The position numbers were made by a program, and so were the translations under genes. This document shows, piece by piece, positions 1-9,949 of a stretch of 64,000 nucleotides of DNA. Numbering within the stretch: the first letter of the stretch is position 1; every line of letters starts with the position of its first letter. The stretch spans positions 1-64,000 of the forward strand of contig DASPSR010000048.1 of the NCBI GenBank assembly GCA_035623825.1, written 5' to 3'. Origin of the DNA: Nitrospirota bacterium. Lineage in GTDB: Bacteria > Nitrospirota > UBA9217. The notes beneath the pieces are model-generated. The model ran no database searches and was not told where the DNA came from. It saw only the letters and a list, made by a program, of their open reading frames with translations.

Positions 1-1946
1 TCACTTAGCGCCTTCGTCATACTTTCCGGTTCATGCGTCGCCGCAGCCCTCGCCTCTTTCCACCTGCGCCTCAGCTTCTTCACATTCTCGCCTTTCGCCT
101 CGCGTGCCTTCAGTCGCTTATCAATCACATCGAGACGTGCCAAGGCATCGCGTATGCCTTTATTCAGATTGCGGTACTTCACCGGGTCGGACTTCGGTAT
201 CGAAAAATCCCCGCTCGTTTTCCAAATATCGCCAAATTTCATCCAAGCGGCGAAGTTTTCGATCTTTCCGCCTTCCATGAGCGTGAGCTTCGACGTGGCC
301 TTGATGTCCCTGACATGAAGCCCGTTCTTATCCGCGACGACCTTCTGGCTTCCCGTGAACTGGTCTGCACCTTGGGTATCGAAGTATCTCCACGTGACAC
401 GCGCAATCTGCGTCTCTGAATCATGACAGCTACCGCATGACCGTGACTTTCCGAGCGGATGCGCAACCTGCTCCACCTGAATCCATGCGAGGTAGTTGTT
501 GTTCCCGCCAGGGACGCTGAAGGTCCCGAGCTGAGCGTATGCATCATGCGTCTCACCCTTCGGCCAGCGGAAGGTGAGCCCCGGTTTGGGTGGGATGGTT
601 TTTTTGATGCCGCCGACGCTGTTCGGCCAGATCTTGGTCGGCATCCATCGGCCGTTTTGATCTTTAATCAATATCGGCGGCTCCTGCACGCCATAATATA
701 ATGAATACTTCTTGAAGGGGTTTGGCTTGGACTCTATCATCCCAGGGCCCCAGGATGTCATCTCGTAGCCGCCCAGGACATTGACATGGCATGCCTCGCA
801 GGCTACGTTCTTGTGCACACTTGCGGTCAGGGCCTGCTCGACTTCGATGTGGCAGTCCTGGCACGTGGCCTTTCGCTCGATATGGCCCATGCCGCCCGGG
901 CCGGTCTGGTGGCAGTCAACGCATTCCAGTTTGAGTCTCACATGCGCATCCTCAGGCAAACCCGCGGGCTCGGAGAAATCCTTCCCGAGATAGCTGTCGC
1001 CGCGCCGGCGTTCCATGGTGCCCGCATGGCACACGAAGGTGCTCCTGCCTCCGCCGGAGCAGTTCGAAGAAGGAGGTGTCCGTGCGAAAGCATGGCTTCC
1101 TCGCTCCCTCGTTGGTGCATAGTGGCAGTCAAGACAGCCCGCATGGCAGATATTGCACGCCTTCTGTTTGGCTATTGCCTGCTCATGCGTGAGCGGAAGG
1201 TCGATCTGCTCAACGATCTTTTTCGTGTTCTCGAAGGAGAACCTATCGCCTTCCGCCCTGCCGACCGGCTGGGTGTCTGCAAATGAAGGCCCTCAGTTAT
1301 TCGGGCCGTGGATATCGTCCCAGACACGCATGGAACGCTGACGGAAGTTGGATCCCATCATGCTCGTGGAAAACTGCTTCACCTCTTCCGGATGGCAGGC
1401 TGACTTGCCACATGTTCTTTGAGCGATATGAGGGTCATAGCCGAGCGTGACCGGACTTCGGTCGTGGTACAGGATGGTGCCGACATCGTAGTCGAGAGAG
1501 CCATCGGCAAGTCTCGGGAGCATGTTCCGCTGCCGGTCATCGCCGGACGGAAGAAGCTTTTTCACATGATCTTTCCTCGGCATGACATCGAAGTTGTTAT
1601 CAAGCACGATAAGTCTCAGCACCCCTTTGTGGGCGTTGACGGGATCGTCGGACAGGCCGTTTCCGAGGTGGCAGTCGCGGCACTCGGTGTTCGGGTGGCG
1701 CGATTCCCTCTGTACCTGCTCGCGCGTCATCACGAACTGGGGATACCCCAATTTTGTCATTCGCTCTTTATCGGCATGGCATGCCGCGCACCTGTCGCTC
1801 GACTGGTAGCCGATGTAGAAGTAGACGAACAGAAGCACCAGGATGATCTGGGCCAGAAGGATGACCATCCCGAGCTTGTTGCCGAACCATCGCCAGAGCT
1901 TGCCGATTGCCATACGAGGGATAGGATACCACAGGGGAGAAGCCAA
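1..1946 (-). CDS. Membrane-anchored multiheme c-type cytochrome, probable selenoprotein (in-frame TGA at 1293-1295); 3' end runs off the window
   Basis: ORF 1293..1946 has an N-terminal TM helix and the motifs CAACH, CRDCH and CGKSACH. My manual translation continues in the same frame past TGA, without a stop, to position 1: HGPNN-U-GPSFADT...CNICHAGCLDCH...CSGGGRSTFVCH...CVDCH...CQDCH...CEACH...CGSCH. That gives 8 canonical CXXCH plus 2 atypical motifs. The start may be ATG 1913. Confidence 0.85.
1248..1292 (-). promoter_or_regulatory. Putative bacterial SECIS element of the multiheme cytochrome
   Basis: Sequence directly 3' of UGA is GGGCCUUC-AUUUGCAGACA-CCC-A-GCC-[GGUC]-GGC-A-GGG-CG-GAAGGC. 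Outer stem GCCUUC/GAAGGC, upper stem CCCAGCC/GGCAGGG, and a G-first GGUC apical loop 26 nt after UGA. Confidence 0.7.
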
Positions 1947-1978
1947 AACAAACGAAAATTAGATCTGACGGGTCCGTC

Positions 1979-3148
1979 TTAGGATGCCCGGAGTGCTTCC
2001 ACGATGTTCATCCGGGCAGCGCGGACCGCGGGGAGCACGCCGCCGATGAAGCCCATTATCACGGAGAAGAGGATGGATCTGTACACGATCTCGCAGCTGA
2101 GCGTGAAGGAGAAAGCGAGTTCGGAGAAGGTTTGCCAGTTTACCGTCGAAATGGTGATAAACTGCATGAATGAGGCGAAGAAGAGCCCAATACATCCGCC
2201 GACGAGCCCCAGGAACATCGCCTCCATCAGAAAAGCCATGAGGATGCTTCTCCGAGAGAAGCCGAGCGCGCGGAGCATGCCGATTTCGCTGGTCCGGTTC
2301 GCAACCGCAGCGTACATCGTGATCATGGCGCCTATCATGGCTCCAAGAGAAAAAATGACCGTCAGGGTCATTCCGAGGATGCGCAGGAACTTCGCCATCA
2401 CCTCGGACTGGTCGGCGTAATATCTGGTCTCGCGTTTTGCTTCGACAGTGAGGCGAGGATCGCTTTCTACGCGGTCCTTGAACTTCTGGAACTCCGATGA
2501 ATCGCGGAGCTTGAACAGGACCGAAGAGAATACGGGCCTGCGAAAGGACTGCATGAGCTGGTCTGCATCACCCCAGATCTCGGAACTGTAACCGGTGTTC
2601 CCCGCGTCGAAGATCCCCACCACGGTCCAGTCGCGCATGCCGAAGCGGATTCGCTCTCCAATGCCCGCACCCCTGAAGCGTTTGGCAACGCTCTGTCCGG
2701 CAGCGATCTCTGACGAGCCAGGCTTGGGCATGCGCCCTGCCGCGAGACGCACCTGCGGGCGGAGCGACAGCGAGAAGGCCCCAATCCCCCGGATCACCAC
2801 ATTAGAAGGTTTGTCCGTCCGGCGCTTCGGCAAGTCGATGAGTACAACCATCTCCTTGGCAAGCAAGGGCTCGCCATTCTGCGCCAGCGCCACTTCCGGC
2901 TGCGTTTCTATGATGGCTGCTTGGGGACGGTCCACGCCGCTCTGCACTTCTGACTGCGAGCCTTTCCTGATGACGATCACATTGTCCGGGGATCCGGTCT
3001 CAACGAGCGTTTTTCGAAGACCTTCAGCAAGCATCAACACTGCTGCGAAAACAAATACGACAAGCGCCATGCCTGATGCAGTGAGCACCGTTGTGAGCCG
3101 TCTCGCCCAAAGGTTCCGGTAGCTGTATGAGATCGGGATGTTCTTCAT
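1979..3148 (-). CDS. ABC transporter permease, MacB/FtsX family
   Basis: MacB periplasmic core plus FtsX TM domain (RTSEIGMLRALGF...PAVRAARMNIVEALR). Start taken at MKNIP, overlapping the upstream stop (ATGA). Confidence 0.9.
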   Translation of the reverse strand: MKNIPISYSYRNLWARRLTTVLTASGMALVVFVFAAVLMLAEGLRKTLVETGSPDNVIVIRKGSQSEVQSGVDRPQAAIIETQPEVALAQNGEPLLAKEMVVLIDLPKRRTDKPSNVVIRGIGAFSLSLRPQVRLAAGRMPKPGSSEIAAGQSVAKRFRGAGIGERIRFGMRDWTVVGIFDAGNTGYSSEIWGDADQLMQSFRRPVFSSVLFKLRDSSEFQKFKDRVESDPRLTVEAKRETRYYADQSEVMAKFLRILGMTLTVIFSLGAMIGAMITMYAAVANRTSEIGMLRALGFSRRSILMAFLMEAMFLGLVGGCIGLFFASFMQFITISTVNWQTFSELAFSFTLSCEIVYRSILFSVIMGFIGGVLPAVRAARMNIVEALRAS

Positions 3149-4302
3149 CCGATCCTCCTCAGGCCGTCGGCTATCTTGACCTTCACCGCACGCCACGTCG
3201 GGAACACCGCAGCAACGGAACCAACGAGGAGCGCCGCAGCGATGTCCAGGTAAAGCGTTTTATGCTCCACGTTGAACACCGGAATATAGGTCCCCATAGC
3301 GTTGCTGAACCACGCTGCTGCAGGATAGGTGAGCGCGATTCCTATTGCGCAACCAATCGTGGCGATCACCAAGGACTCACCGAATACGAGCCCAGCAATA
3401 TGCCAGGCGCCAAACCCGAGCGTCTTCATGATGGCATACTCGCCGATCCGTTCCCTCGCTGTCATGGCCATGGTGTTGGCCATCACGGCCATGATGATGA
3501 CGATCACAACGAATGACACGATCTGGATCACAACGACGATGGCCTCGCTCATGGTCACGAAGCTCAGCTGAAAGGCTTTCTCGGTCTCGGTGAGCGTCTC
3601 GGCAAGCGAGTTCTTGAATAGAGTGTCGATGGCGACGGCTACCTCTGCCGCTTGGTCAGGGTTCTTCACGCCTATCATGTAGAACCCGACCATGTCCGCC
3701 CTGTGCGGCGCGGTCTTCTTAAGCGTCTCATTGACAGAGTCCCAGTGGAAAAACAACTGGGTCTCGTCGGTGGTCTTCCGCGCACCGTGGTAAATACCGC
3801 GAAGGACGAATTCCCACGTTCCCGGAAAGATCGAGCCCTTCAAGACGATATTGTCGCCAATCTTCCATCCGAACTTTTCGGCCACCTTGCGCCCGGCGAC
3901 GCATGCCTTCCGGTCCCGGATGAAATCCCTCTTCTGGCCTGCGGCAAGGATAAATTCCGGATAGAGGTCGAGATAGGTTTCTGCGTCTACACTAAAGTTC
4001 GGAATGAAATTCTTCTCATCGATATAGATGCCGCCGAACCAGTTGCCGTAGGACACGGTCGTCACGCCCGGTACTTGGCGAATTTTGTCCTTGTAGGACA
4101 GGGGCAGAGAAAATATGAGTGAGACGGCATTCCTCGTGATGAGCCGTGTGGCTGATGAGGCCTCGACCCCGGAGTACCAGGCGCTTATCACGGTCCGCAG
4201 CAGACCAAAGGCAAGGATGGCGATGGTGATGCCGAGTACAGTGAGCCCGGTGCGGAGCTTGTGGCGGAATGCGTTCTTAAACAGAAGCTTCAGTATGTGC
4301 AT
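3145..4302 (-). CDS. ABC transporter permease, MacB/FtsX family
   Basis: KNAFRHKLRT N-terminus and RERIGEYAIMKTLGF FtsX motif. Confidence 0.9.
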   Translation of the reverse strand: MHILKLLFKNAFRHKLRTGLTVLGITIAILAFGLLRTVISAWYSGVEASSATRLITRNAVSLIFSLPLSYKDKIRQVPGVTTVSYGNWFGGIYIDEKNFIPNFSVDAETYLDLYPEFILAAGQKRDFIRDRKACVAGRKVAEKFGWKIGDNIVLKGSIFPGTWEFVLRGIYHGARKTTDETQLFFHWDSVNETLKKTAPHRADMVGFYMIGVKNPDQAAEVAVAIDTLFKNSLAETLTETEKAFQLSFVTMSEAIVVVIQIVSFVVIVIIMAVMANTMAMTARERIGEYAIMKTLGFGAWHIAGLVFGESLVIATIGCAIGIALTYPAAAWFSNAMGTYIPVFNVEHKTLYLDIAAALLVGSVAAVFPTWRAVKVKIADGLRRIG

Positions 4303-4981
4303 TCAACACACCTTTTTCAAGATGCCTGATGATGCGCGCCTTCTCCGCCGCCCGCGGGTCATGGGTGACCATGATGATGGTCTTGCCGAACTCCCGGTTC
4401 AGACGCCCCATCAACCCGAGCACATCCTCGGCCGAGACGCGGTCGAGGTCTCCTGTTGGTTCGTCAGCCACGAGGATCGTCGGGTCGGTCACAAGCGCGC
4501 GGGCGATCGCCACCCGCTGCTGCTGGCCGCCGGAGAGCTCGGAAGGATAGTGGTCCCGGCGGTCGCTCAGGTTCACGACATTGAGCGCCACCGCCACGTG
4601 TTCCTGCCGCTCCGCGCGTGATAGGCCGGTGAGCAGGAGCGGGAGCTCGACGTTCTCAAAGGCCGTAAGCACCGGCATGAGGTTGTAGAACTGGAAGATG
4701 AACCCCACGTTCACCGCGCGCCATCTGGCAAGTTCTGTCTCGTTGAGCGCTGTGATGTCAATGCCTCCGATAGTGATGGTGCCGCTGTCCGCCTTGTCGA
4801 TCCCGGCGACAAGGTTCAAGAGGGTGCTCTTGCCCGACCCCGACGGTCCCATGAGCGCGAGAAACTCTCCGCCCGCGATATCGAGGGAGATGTCCTGCAG
4901 TACCGGGATCACCTGGTTGCCCCTGACGTAGGATTTATTGATATGCCGGATGACGACCATCGGCGGGTTGCTGTTATTCAT
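4277..4981 (-). CDS. ABC transporter ATP-binding protein (LolD/MacB-type)
   Basis: Walker A GPSGSGKS, signature LSGGQQQRV, ADEPTGDLD, VTHD. Confidence 0.95.
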   Translation of the reverse strand: MNNSNPPMVVIRHINKSYVRGNQVIPVLQDISLDIAGGEFLALMGPSGSGKSTLLNLVAGIDKADSGTITIGGIDITALNETELARWRAVNVGFIFQFYNLMPVLTAFENVELPLLLTGLSRAERQEHVAVALNVVNLSDRRDHYPSELSGGQQQRVAIARALVTDPTILVADEPTGDLDRVSAEDVLGLMGRLNREFGKTIIMVTHDPRAAEKARIIRHLEKGVLNAHTEASV

Positions 4982-5182
4982 GGCATGGATCCGGACGATT
5001 CGAGCAAAAAGCTCGTTATGTTGACCATGGGGGATAATGAGCCAAGGGGCAACAGGCTGTTAATCACCTGCCTGTCATGCTGAGCGATACGAATATGCAT
5101 TTCAGCGACCATAGAATACTCCCTTTACCTGGCACGCTTCTCGCCTCTTCGCGACTTCACAGCAATTTCTCTCCACGGAGGA

Positions 5183-6397
5183 TCATCCTTCCTTGATTGA
5201 TATCTTCGCTCCGCTCTTCAGCTTCTTCGGCGGAGTCATCACAACCTTGTCACCGGCTTTTACGCCGTCCAGTACTTCAAGCATGTCGCCGATCTTGGCT
5301 CCCGTATGGACCGTGACCTGCTTGACGTGGCTCCTAACGACAAGGAAGGTCGACAGAGATCCCTCGTGCGTAACGACAGCAGCCGAAGGCAAAGCGGTCC
5401 TCGGCCGTTCTTCTTCCTGCGTGACCGGGCGTTCGAGGAAGGCGACCTTGGCGCTCATCTCTGGGAGGATGCGAGGGTCCTTTTCCAGGAAGCGGACCTT
5501 GACCATCACAGAAGCCTTCGATCGGTCCGCCGTGGGAACGATCATGTGCACGACGCCGCGGAACCGCTGGTCTGGTAGCGCATCAAGTTGTACTTCGCAG
5601 GGCTGTCCGACCTTAACCTTTTCCAGATTTGCCTCGGACACGTCAGCCTCGACCTGCAACGAAGACATGTCGGCGATGGTCACTACGGATGCCTTTGCAT
5701 TCACGGCGGCCCCGAAAGGCGTCATGATATCACCCACGTCGGCATCCTTGGTCAGGACCACAGCGTCGAAGGGCGCCCGGATCAATGTGTACTCCACCGC
5801 GACCTTAGCTGCCTTGAGCGCGGCCTGTGCCGAATTGATGGCAGATTCCGCACCTAAAACTGCCGCCTGTGCCCGTTTGTAACGCGCGTCAGCCGTGTCG
5901 TAGTCCATCTGAGCGATGAAGCCCTTGGCAAGGAGGTCCTTACTGCGGTTATAATTGAGTGTCGCATCGTCGAGCTCAGTCCGTGCCTGCACCAGGGCCG
6001 ATCGCGCGTTCTCGAGGTTCGCCGCTGCCTGCTCACTGGCAGCCGCGACGTCGCGGTCTTCAAGTCGGGCGATCACCTCGTTCTTCTTCACCCTGCTCCC
6101 CTCCTCGACCCCGAGCCACTCCAGACGGCCCGTCGCCTTTGACGATACTGCAGCTTTTCGCTGTGCCACGACGTAACCGCTCGCGTTCAGCAAGGTGAAG
6201 TCCTGGGAAGGGTACACGAGGGATACAGTGGCGACCTCTACCTCGACCACCGGGTTGAGAACGAAAGAGTAAACAGCCGCTGCAAGCACGGCAATGAGCG
6301 AGACTATAATCCAGCGTCGGAATTTCCGGGTCCTGTGGCCGCGGGATATCATTCTCGGCTTGTCAATCTTTAATTTTGAGAGGTCTTCATTCGCCAT
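5183..6397 (-). CDS. Efflux periplasmic adaptor / membrane fusion protein (MacA-like)
   Basis: N-terminal TM helix, lipoyl halves (VEEGSRVKKNEVIARL; IRAPFDAVV) flanking a coiled hairpin, clustered with the ABC genes. Confidence 0.9.
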   Translation of the reverse strand: MANEDLSKLKIDKPRMISRGHRTRKFRRWIIVSLIAVLAAAVYSFVLNPVVEVEVATVSLVYPSQDFTLLNASGYVVAQRKAAVSSKATGRLEWLGVEEGSRVKKNEVIARLEDRDVAAASEQAAANLENARSALVQARTELDDATLNYNRSKDLLAKGFIAQMDYDTADARYKRAQAAVLGAESAINSAQAALKAAKVAVEYTLIRAPFDAVVLTKDADVGDIMTPFGAAVNAKASVVTIADMSSLQVEADVSEANLEKVKVGQPCEVQLDALPDQRFRGVVHMIVPTADRSKASVMVKVRFLEKDPRILPEMSAKVAFLERPVTQEEERPRTALPSAAVVTHEGSLSTFLVVRSHVKQVTVHTGAKIGDMLEVLDGVKAGDKVVMTPPKKLKSGAKISIKEG

Positions 6398-6468
6398 TCT
6401 TCACGTTTCTCGAATCTGCATGCAGAATTCGGCACAAGAGCCGATTCAGAGGTCTTCCCTTGGTTATT

Positions 6469-6497
6469 AAGGTAACAGATTGAGCTCCATCTTGCAA
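6469..6497 (-). promoter_or_regulatory. Putative sigma70 promoter of the MFP-ABC(-cytochrome) operon
   Basis: TTGCAA-17 bp-TACCTT on the minus strand, with a TG extension. Confidence 0.4.
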
Positions 6498-6655
6498 GGT
6501 CCGCAATTGCGTTTGCTTCGCATCGATGGGTAGAATTCGCGGCAGGATGAAGGCACGTTAATGTTGAATAGGACAATTTTGGAAAAGATTCACCACAAGG
6601 CTTTGCGGTCCCAGCACTTTACCACCGTCATTGTCTCATGAGGATGATGGAACCA

Positions 6656-8029
6656 TTAAAACAACCGATCCATCGCCTCTTCAACGGAGCGCACGCCCAT
6701 AAGCTCCATATTCTTGAGAGCAATGGATTTTTCTATCTTCTCCACGTTTGCCGCGGGCATGATACAGCGGGTAAAGCCCAGTTTCGCCGCGTCCTTTAGC
6801 CTCGCCTCAGCTTGGCTGATTGCCCGGACCTCCCCGGCGAGCCCCACCTCCCCCATTACCACTGTATCGGGAGGAATAGGTTTTTCCCGGAAACTTGATG
6901 CCACCGCGGCTACAACGCCGAGATCTATGGCAGGCTCATCAATCTTGAGTCCGCCCACGATATTCACGAACACGTCCATGCCGAGGAGGTGCATACCTAC
7001 ACGCTTTTCGAGCACCGCGAGGAGCAGTGATACACGGTTATAGTCCACCCCGATGCAGGTCCGGCGCGGCATGGTGAGCTTTGACGGCGCCACAAGCGCT
7101 TGAAGCTCGGCATGGATAGGCCGCGTGCCTTCGAGAGAGGAGACCACAACGGAGCCCGTGGCGTCCTTCGGCCTCTCGGCCAGAAAGATCTCGGAGGGGT
7201 TCGCTACCTCGGCGAGGCCGCTTTCCTTCATCTCGAACACGCCAATTTCGTTCGTCGAGCCGAAGCGGTTCTTTACCGCTCGCAGGATACGGAAAGCATG
7301 GCCACGATCGCCCTCGAAATAGAGCACGGTGTCGACGATATGCTCGAGCACACGAGGGCCTGCGATAGCGCCGTCCTTTGTTACGTGTCCGATGAGAAAG
7401 GTCGGGATACCCGTGCGCTTGGCATGAAGCATGAGCCTGCCCGAGACCTCGCGAACTTGGCCCACGCTGCCTGGAGCAGACGGAAGCTCCGATGTAAAGA
7501 CCGTCTGGACAGAATCGACGACGATCACCTGGGGTTGGAGTCCGTCTGCGGCGTGCACGATTTCTTCCAGCTGCGTCTCGGCGAGCACATAGAGGTTGTC
7601 GGCCCTGACGCCGAGGCGCTCTGCGCGCATCTTGATCTGAGCCGGCGACTCTTCGCCCGTAACATAGAGCGCTTTTCCTCTGAGCTCCGACACCTGCCTC
7701 AGCATCTGGAGTACGAGAGTGGACTTGCCGATGCCCGGGTCTCCGCCGATCAGGACCACGGAGCCTGCGACAATGCCGCCTCCAAGCACGCGGTCCAGCT
7801 CGTTGATCTTTGTGGCGAACCGATCCTCGTCCCTGGCCTGGATCTCGTTCAAGGCTAGCGGTTCAGAAGCGCCGCGATGTTTCGATATCCCGATGTCTTT
7901 GGGTTTCTCGACCCGTTCCTCGACCATAGTGTTCCACTGGCCGCAATCCGGGCACTTGCCCATCCACCTCGGCGATTGCACACCGCAGGACTGGCAGACA
8001 AAGACAGTCTTGGTTTTCGATGATTTCAC
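6656..8029 (-). CDS. radA: DNA repair protein RadA/Sms
   Basis: C4 zinc finger, GGDPGIGKST, KNRFG motif, Lon-like C-terminal domain. Confidence 0.97.
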   Translation of the reverse strand: MKSSKTKTVFVCQSCGVQSPRWMGKCPDCGQWNTMVEERVEKPKDIGISKHRGASEPLALNEIQARDEDRFATKINELDRVLGGGIVAGSVVLIGGDPGIGKSTLVLQMLRQVSELRGKALYVTGEESPAQIKMRAERLGVRADNLYVLAETQLEEIVHAADGLQPQVIVVDSVQTVFTSELPSAPGSVGQVREVSGRLMLHAKRTGIPTFLIGHVTKDGAIAGPRVLEHIVDTVLYFEGDRGHAFRILRAVKNRFGSTNEIGVFEMKESGLAEVANPSEIFLAERPKDATGSVVVSSLEGTRPIHAELQALVAPSKLTMPRRTCIGVDYNRVSLLLAVLEKRVGMHLLGMDVFVNIVGGLKIDEPAIDLGVVAAVASSFREKPIPPDTVVMGEVGLAGEVRAISQAEARLKDAAKLGFTRCIMPAANVEKIEKSIALKNMELMGVRSVEEAMDRLF

Positions 8030-8038
8030 GATGGAATT

Positions 8039-8067
8039 ATTCTATTGTTTCAGCTCTGGAATGTCAA
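8039..8067 (-). promoter_or_regulatory. sigma70 promoter of radA
   Basis: TTGACA-17 bp-TAGAAT, ending 9 nt before the GTG start. Confidence 0.7.
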
Positions 8068-8414
8068 ACGCAATTTCACAGGATAGTGCCCATCATGGAG
8101 ACACCGCAAGCATCTCTGTCGCTGAGAGGATCTCCGGTGAAACTGCGAGGCAGGTGGGACAGCTTACGTTTCAGTCGTCATTGCATGAGGATCCGGCGCA
8201 TGAGCAGATTAAGCCATTCATTTGCAATCTATAAGAGAGGTGAACGACTGTCTAATTGAATGTGGTAAGAACGCCTCTCGGGAAGCCGTGACGCCAGCGC
8301 CTTATGTCACGGCACAGGGATCCAGCGCGTAGCGGCGCAACTTGATAAACAAGCGACAGCTCAGTTTTCGGTATTTCTGCTTCACTTCCTGCAAAAATAA
8401 CCTGATCGGCACGC

Positions 8415-9245
8415 TCACAGCCTGGGCATAGGTTCGGCCAGCAGTCCGCCGATGGTGAACTGATAGAAACCGTCGGCGTCCCTGTTCTTCAGGAGGGAGA
8501 AAATGCCGGCCTGCTCGCGCGCAAGCCGTTCCGACGGTTTCACCTTCACCAGAAGGTTGACCGTCCCGCGCTCGCGCAGCACGAGATCTCCAGTGGCGCG
8601 GATCTTGAGATCTTTGCCTTCAAGCTCGAGCTTCCTGAAGGTCAGTCGATCCCCTTTCAGCTCGGTCTCCATCCATCCCTGTTCAAAATCCAGGTCGGGC
8701 ACGGGAAACCCCTTGATCTTCAATCCCCGAGAGGCAAGGCTTTTGACCCACATCCTGCCCTTGCCGGCGTCTCCGGTCATCTCGAAATTTCCGCCGAGCC
8801 TTCCCGAGAGGCGGATCCCGGAATCTCTTAGTAGAGGATAGGAGCTGATGTCCAGTCCATTTGCGTCGACCAGGAGATACTGCCTTCCAGGCGCCTGCTG
8901 GGCCTTCACGGACAGTTCGCCACCGTATGCTGCCGCTCTCAAATTTACCGAAAGCGCGCCCCGGAGAAGGCCGAACAAAGACACGGTGGTGTGTACAGCG
9001 GGGCATTCGAAGAGGACCTTGCCGTTCTTGTCGAACACAACCACGTCGGCGAGCACGAACCGGTTGAAGAACCTCGGAGAGATGCGGGAGACGGTCAGTT
9101 CCAGGGGGGTACGCAGCCGGACCTCAGACTCCAGCTTTGACTTGACCCGGTCGAAGGGGAAAAGCACAAGGAGAAAGGCCAGAAACGCCGCTGCGAAGTA
9201 TACGGCGAACAGCAGCCTTCGTATAAGGGTTTTTCTGTCAGGCAT
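8415..9245 (-). CDS. gspN: Type II secretion system protein N
   Basis: N-terminal TM helix ending in FPF, beta-rich body, last gene of the gsp operon. Confidence 0.8.
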   Translation of the reverse strand: MPDRKTLIRRLLFAVYFAAAFLAFLLVLFPFDRVKSKLESEVRLRTPLELTVSRISPRFFNRFVLADVVVFDKNGKVLFECPAVHTTVSLFGLLRGALSVNLRAAAYGGELSVKAQQAPGRQYLLVDANGLDISSYPLLRDSGIRLSGRLGGNFEMTGDAGKGRMWVKSLASRGLKIKGFPVPDLDFEQGWMETELKGDRLTFRKLELEGKDLKIRATGDLVLRERGTVNLLVKVKPSERLAREQAGIFSLLKNRDADGFYQFTIGGLLAEPMPRL

Positions 9246-9447
9246 GGCTTGTGAAAATTCGTTGCAATTGAACTAACGGTCAATTGGCCTCGGATCCCCC
9301 GATGGTTCCGAAGCCAGGCATTTTAACAAATGAATTTGCTCCACTATTTCAGCTGGTTTACCCGTCACCTGTGAGCATGCCGATTTTGAGCTTCACTTGC
9401 TGCGGGATACTTCCTTGTCCGTCTACGATTACATTCGCCCACGCATG

Positions 9448-9948
9448 CTATTCCGCGCTCGAGACAAGGATCGTCGAGTTCAAGAGATTGGGGTTGTCAA
9501 ACCGGGGTTTGAAGTACAATTTCCTGATGCGGAGCGTGTCCTTTTCAAGCAGGTACACAAAATTCACGACGTCGTAGAGCGTCACGTTGTCCAGCTTGAT
9601 CTCCACGATGCTTTCCTTGAAGTTCTCTGTCTGGACGCCGGCCTGCGGTTTGAGCGACACAATCTTGCTGCTGAGGTTCGCCCGCTTGGTGGTGTTCTCG
9701 ATTTCCGTGAGCAGCGGTCCGCGCTTTGCTGCTGCGGCTTGAGCTTCTTGGAGCTGCCGCTGGATCTCGAGGTACTGTTCACGCAGAACGCGTATCTCCG
9801 CGAGGTCCCGTTCCTTCTTCGGAATGAGGTCCCGCTTCCGGGACAGATCTGACGTCACGGGAGCGAGGGCGAACACATAGAGCAGGATACATGCTGCAGC
9901 CGCACCGCCGATGATCAGCGCTTTTTTATCTTTCTCTTCAAGTTTCAT
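9448..9948 (-). CDS. gspM: Type II secretion system protein M
   Basis: N-terminal TM helix, coiled coil and ferredoxin-like C-terminus; follows gspL. Confidence 0.8.
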   Translation of the reverse strand: MKLEEKDKKALIIGGAAAACILLYVFALAPVTSDLSRKRDLIPKKERDLAEIRVLREQYLEIQRQLQEAQAAAAKRGPLLTEIENTTKRANLSSKIVSLKPQAGVQTENFKESIVEIKLDNVTLYDVVNFVYLLEKDTLRIRKLYFKPRFDNPNLLNSTILVSSAE

Positions 9949-9949
9949 A

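Noticed and set aside
33-1286. Plus-strand ORFs 33..419, 459..701 and 786..1286
   Set aside because: They are antisense shadows of the heme-motif-rich minus-strand frame and carry no recognisable motifs.
8285-8313. GCCGTGAC...GTCACGGC inverted repeat, and a similar small palindrome near 43684-43701
   Set aside because: These are isolated hairpins without a U-tract or repeated copies, which is insufficient to call a terminator, operator or mobile element.
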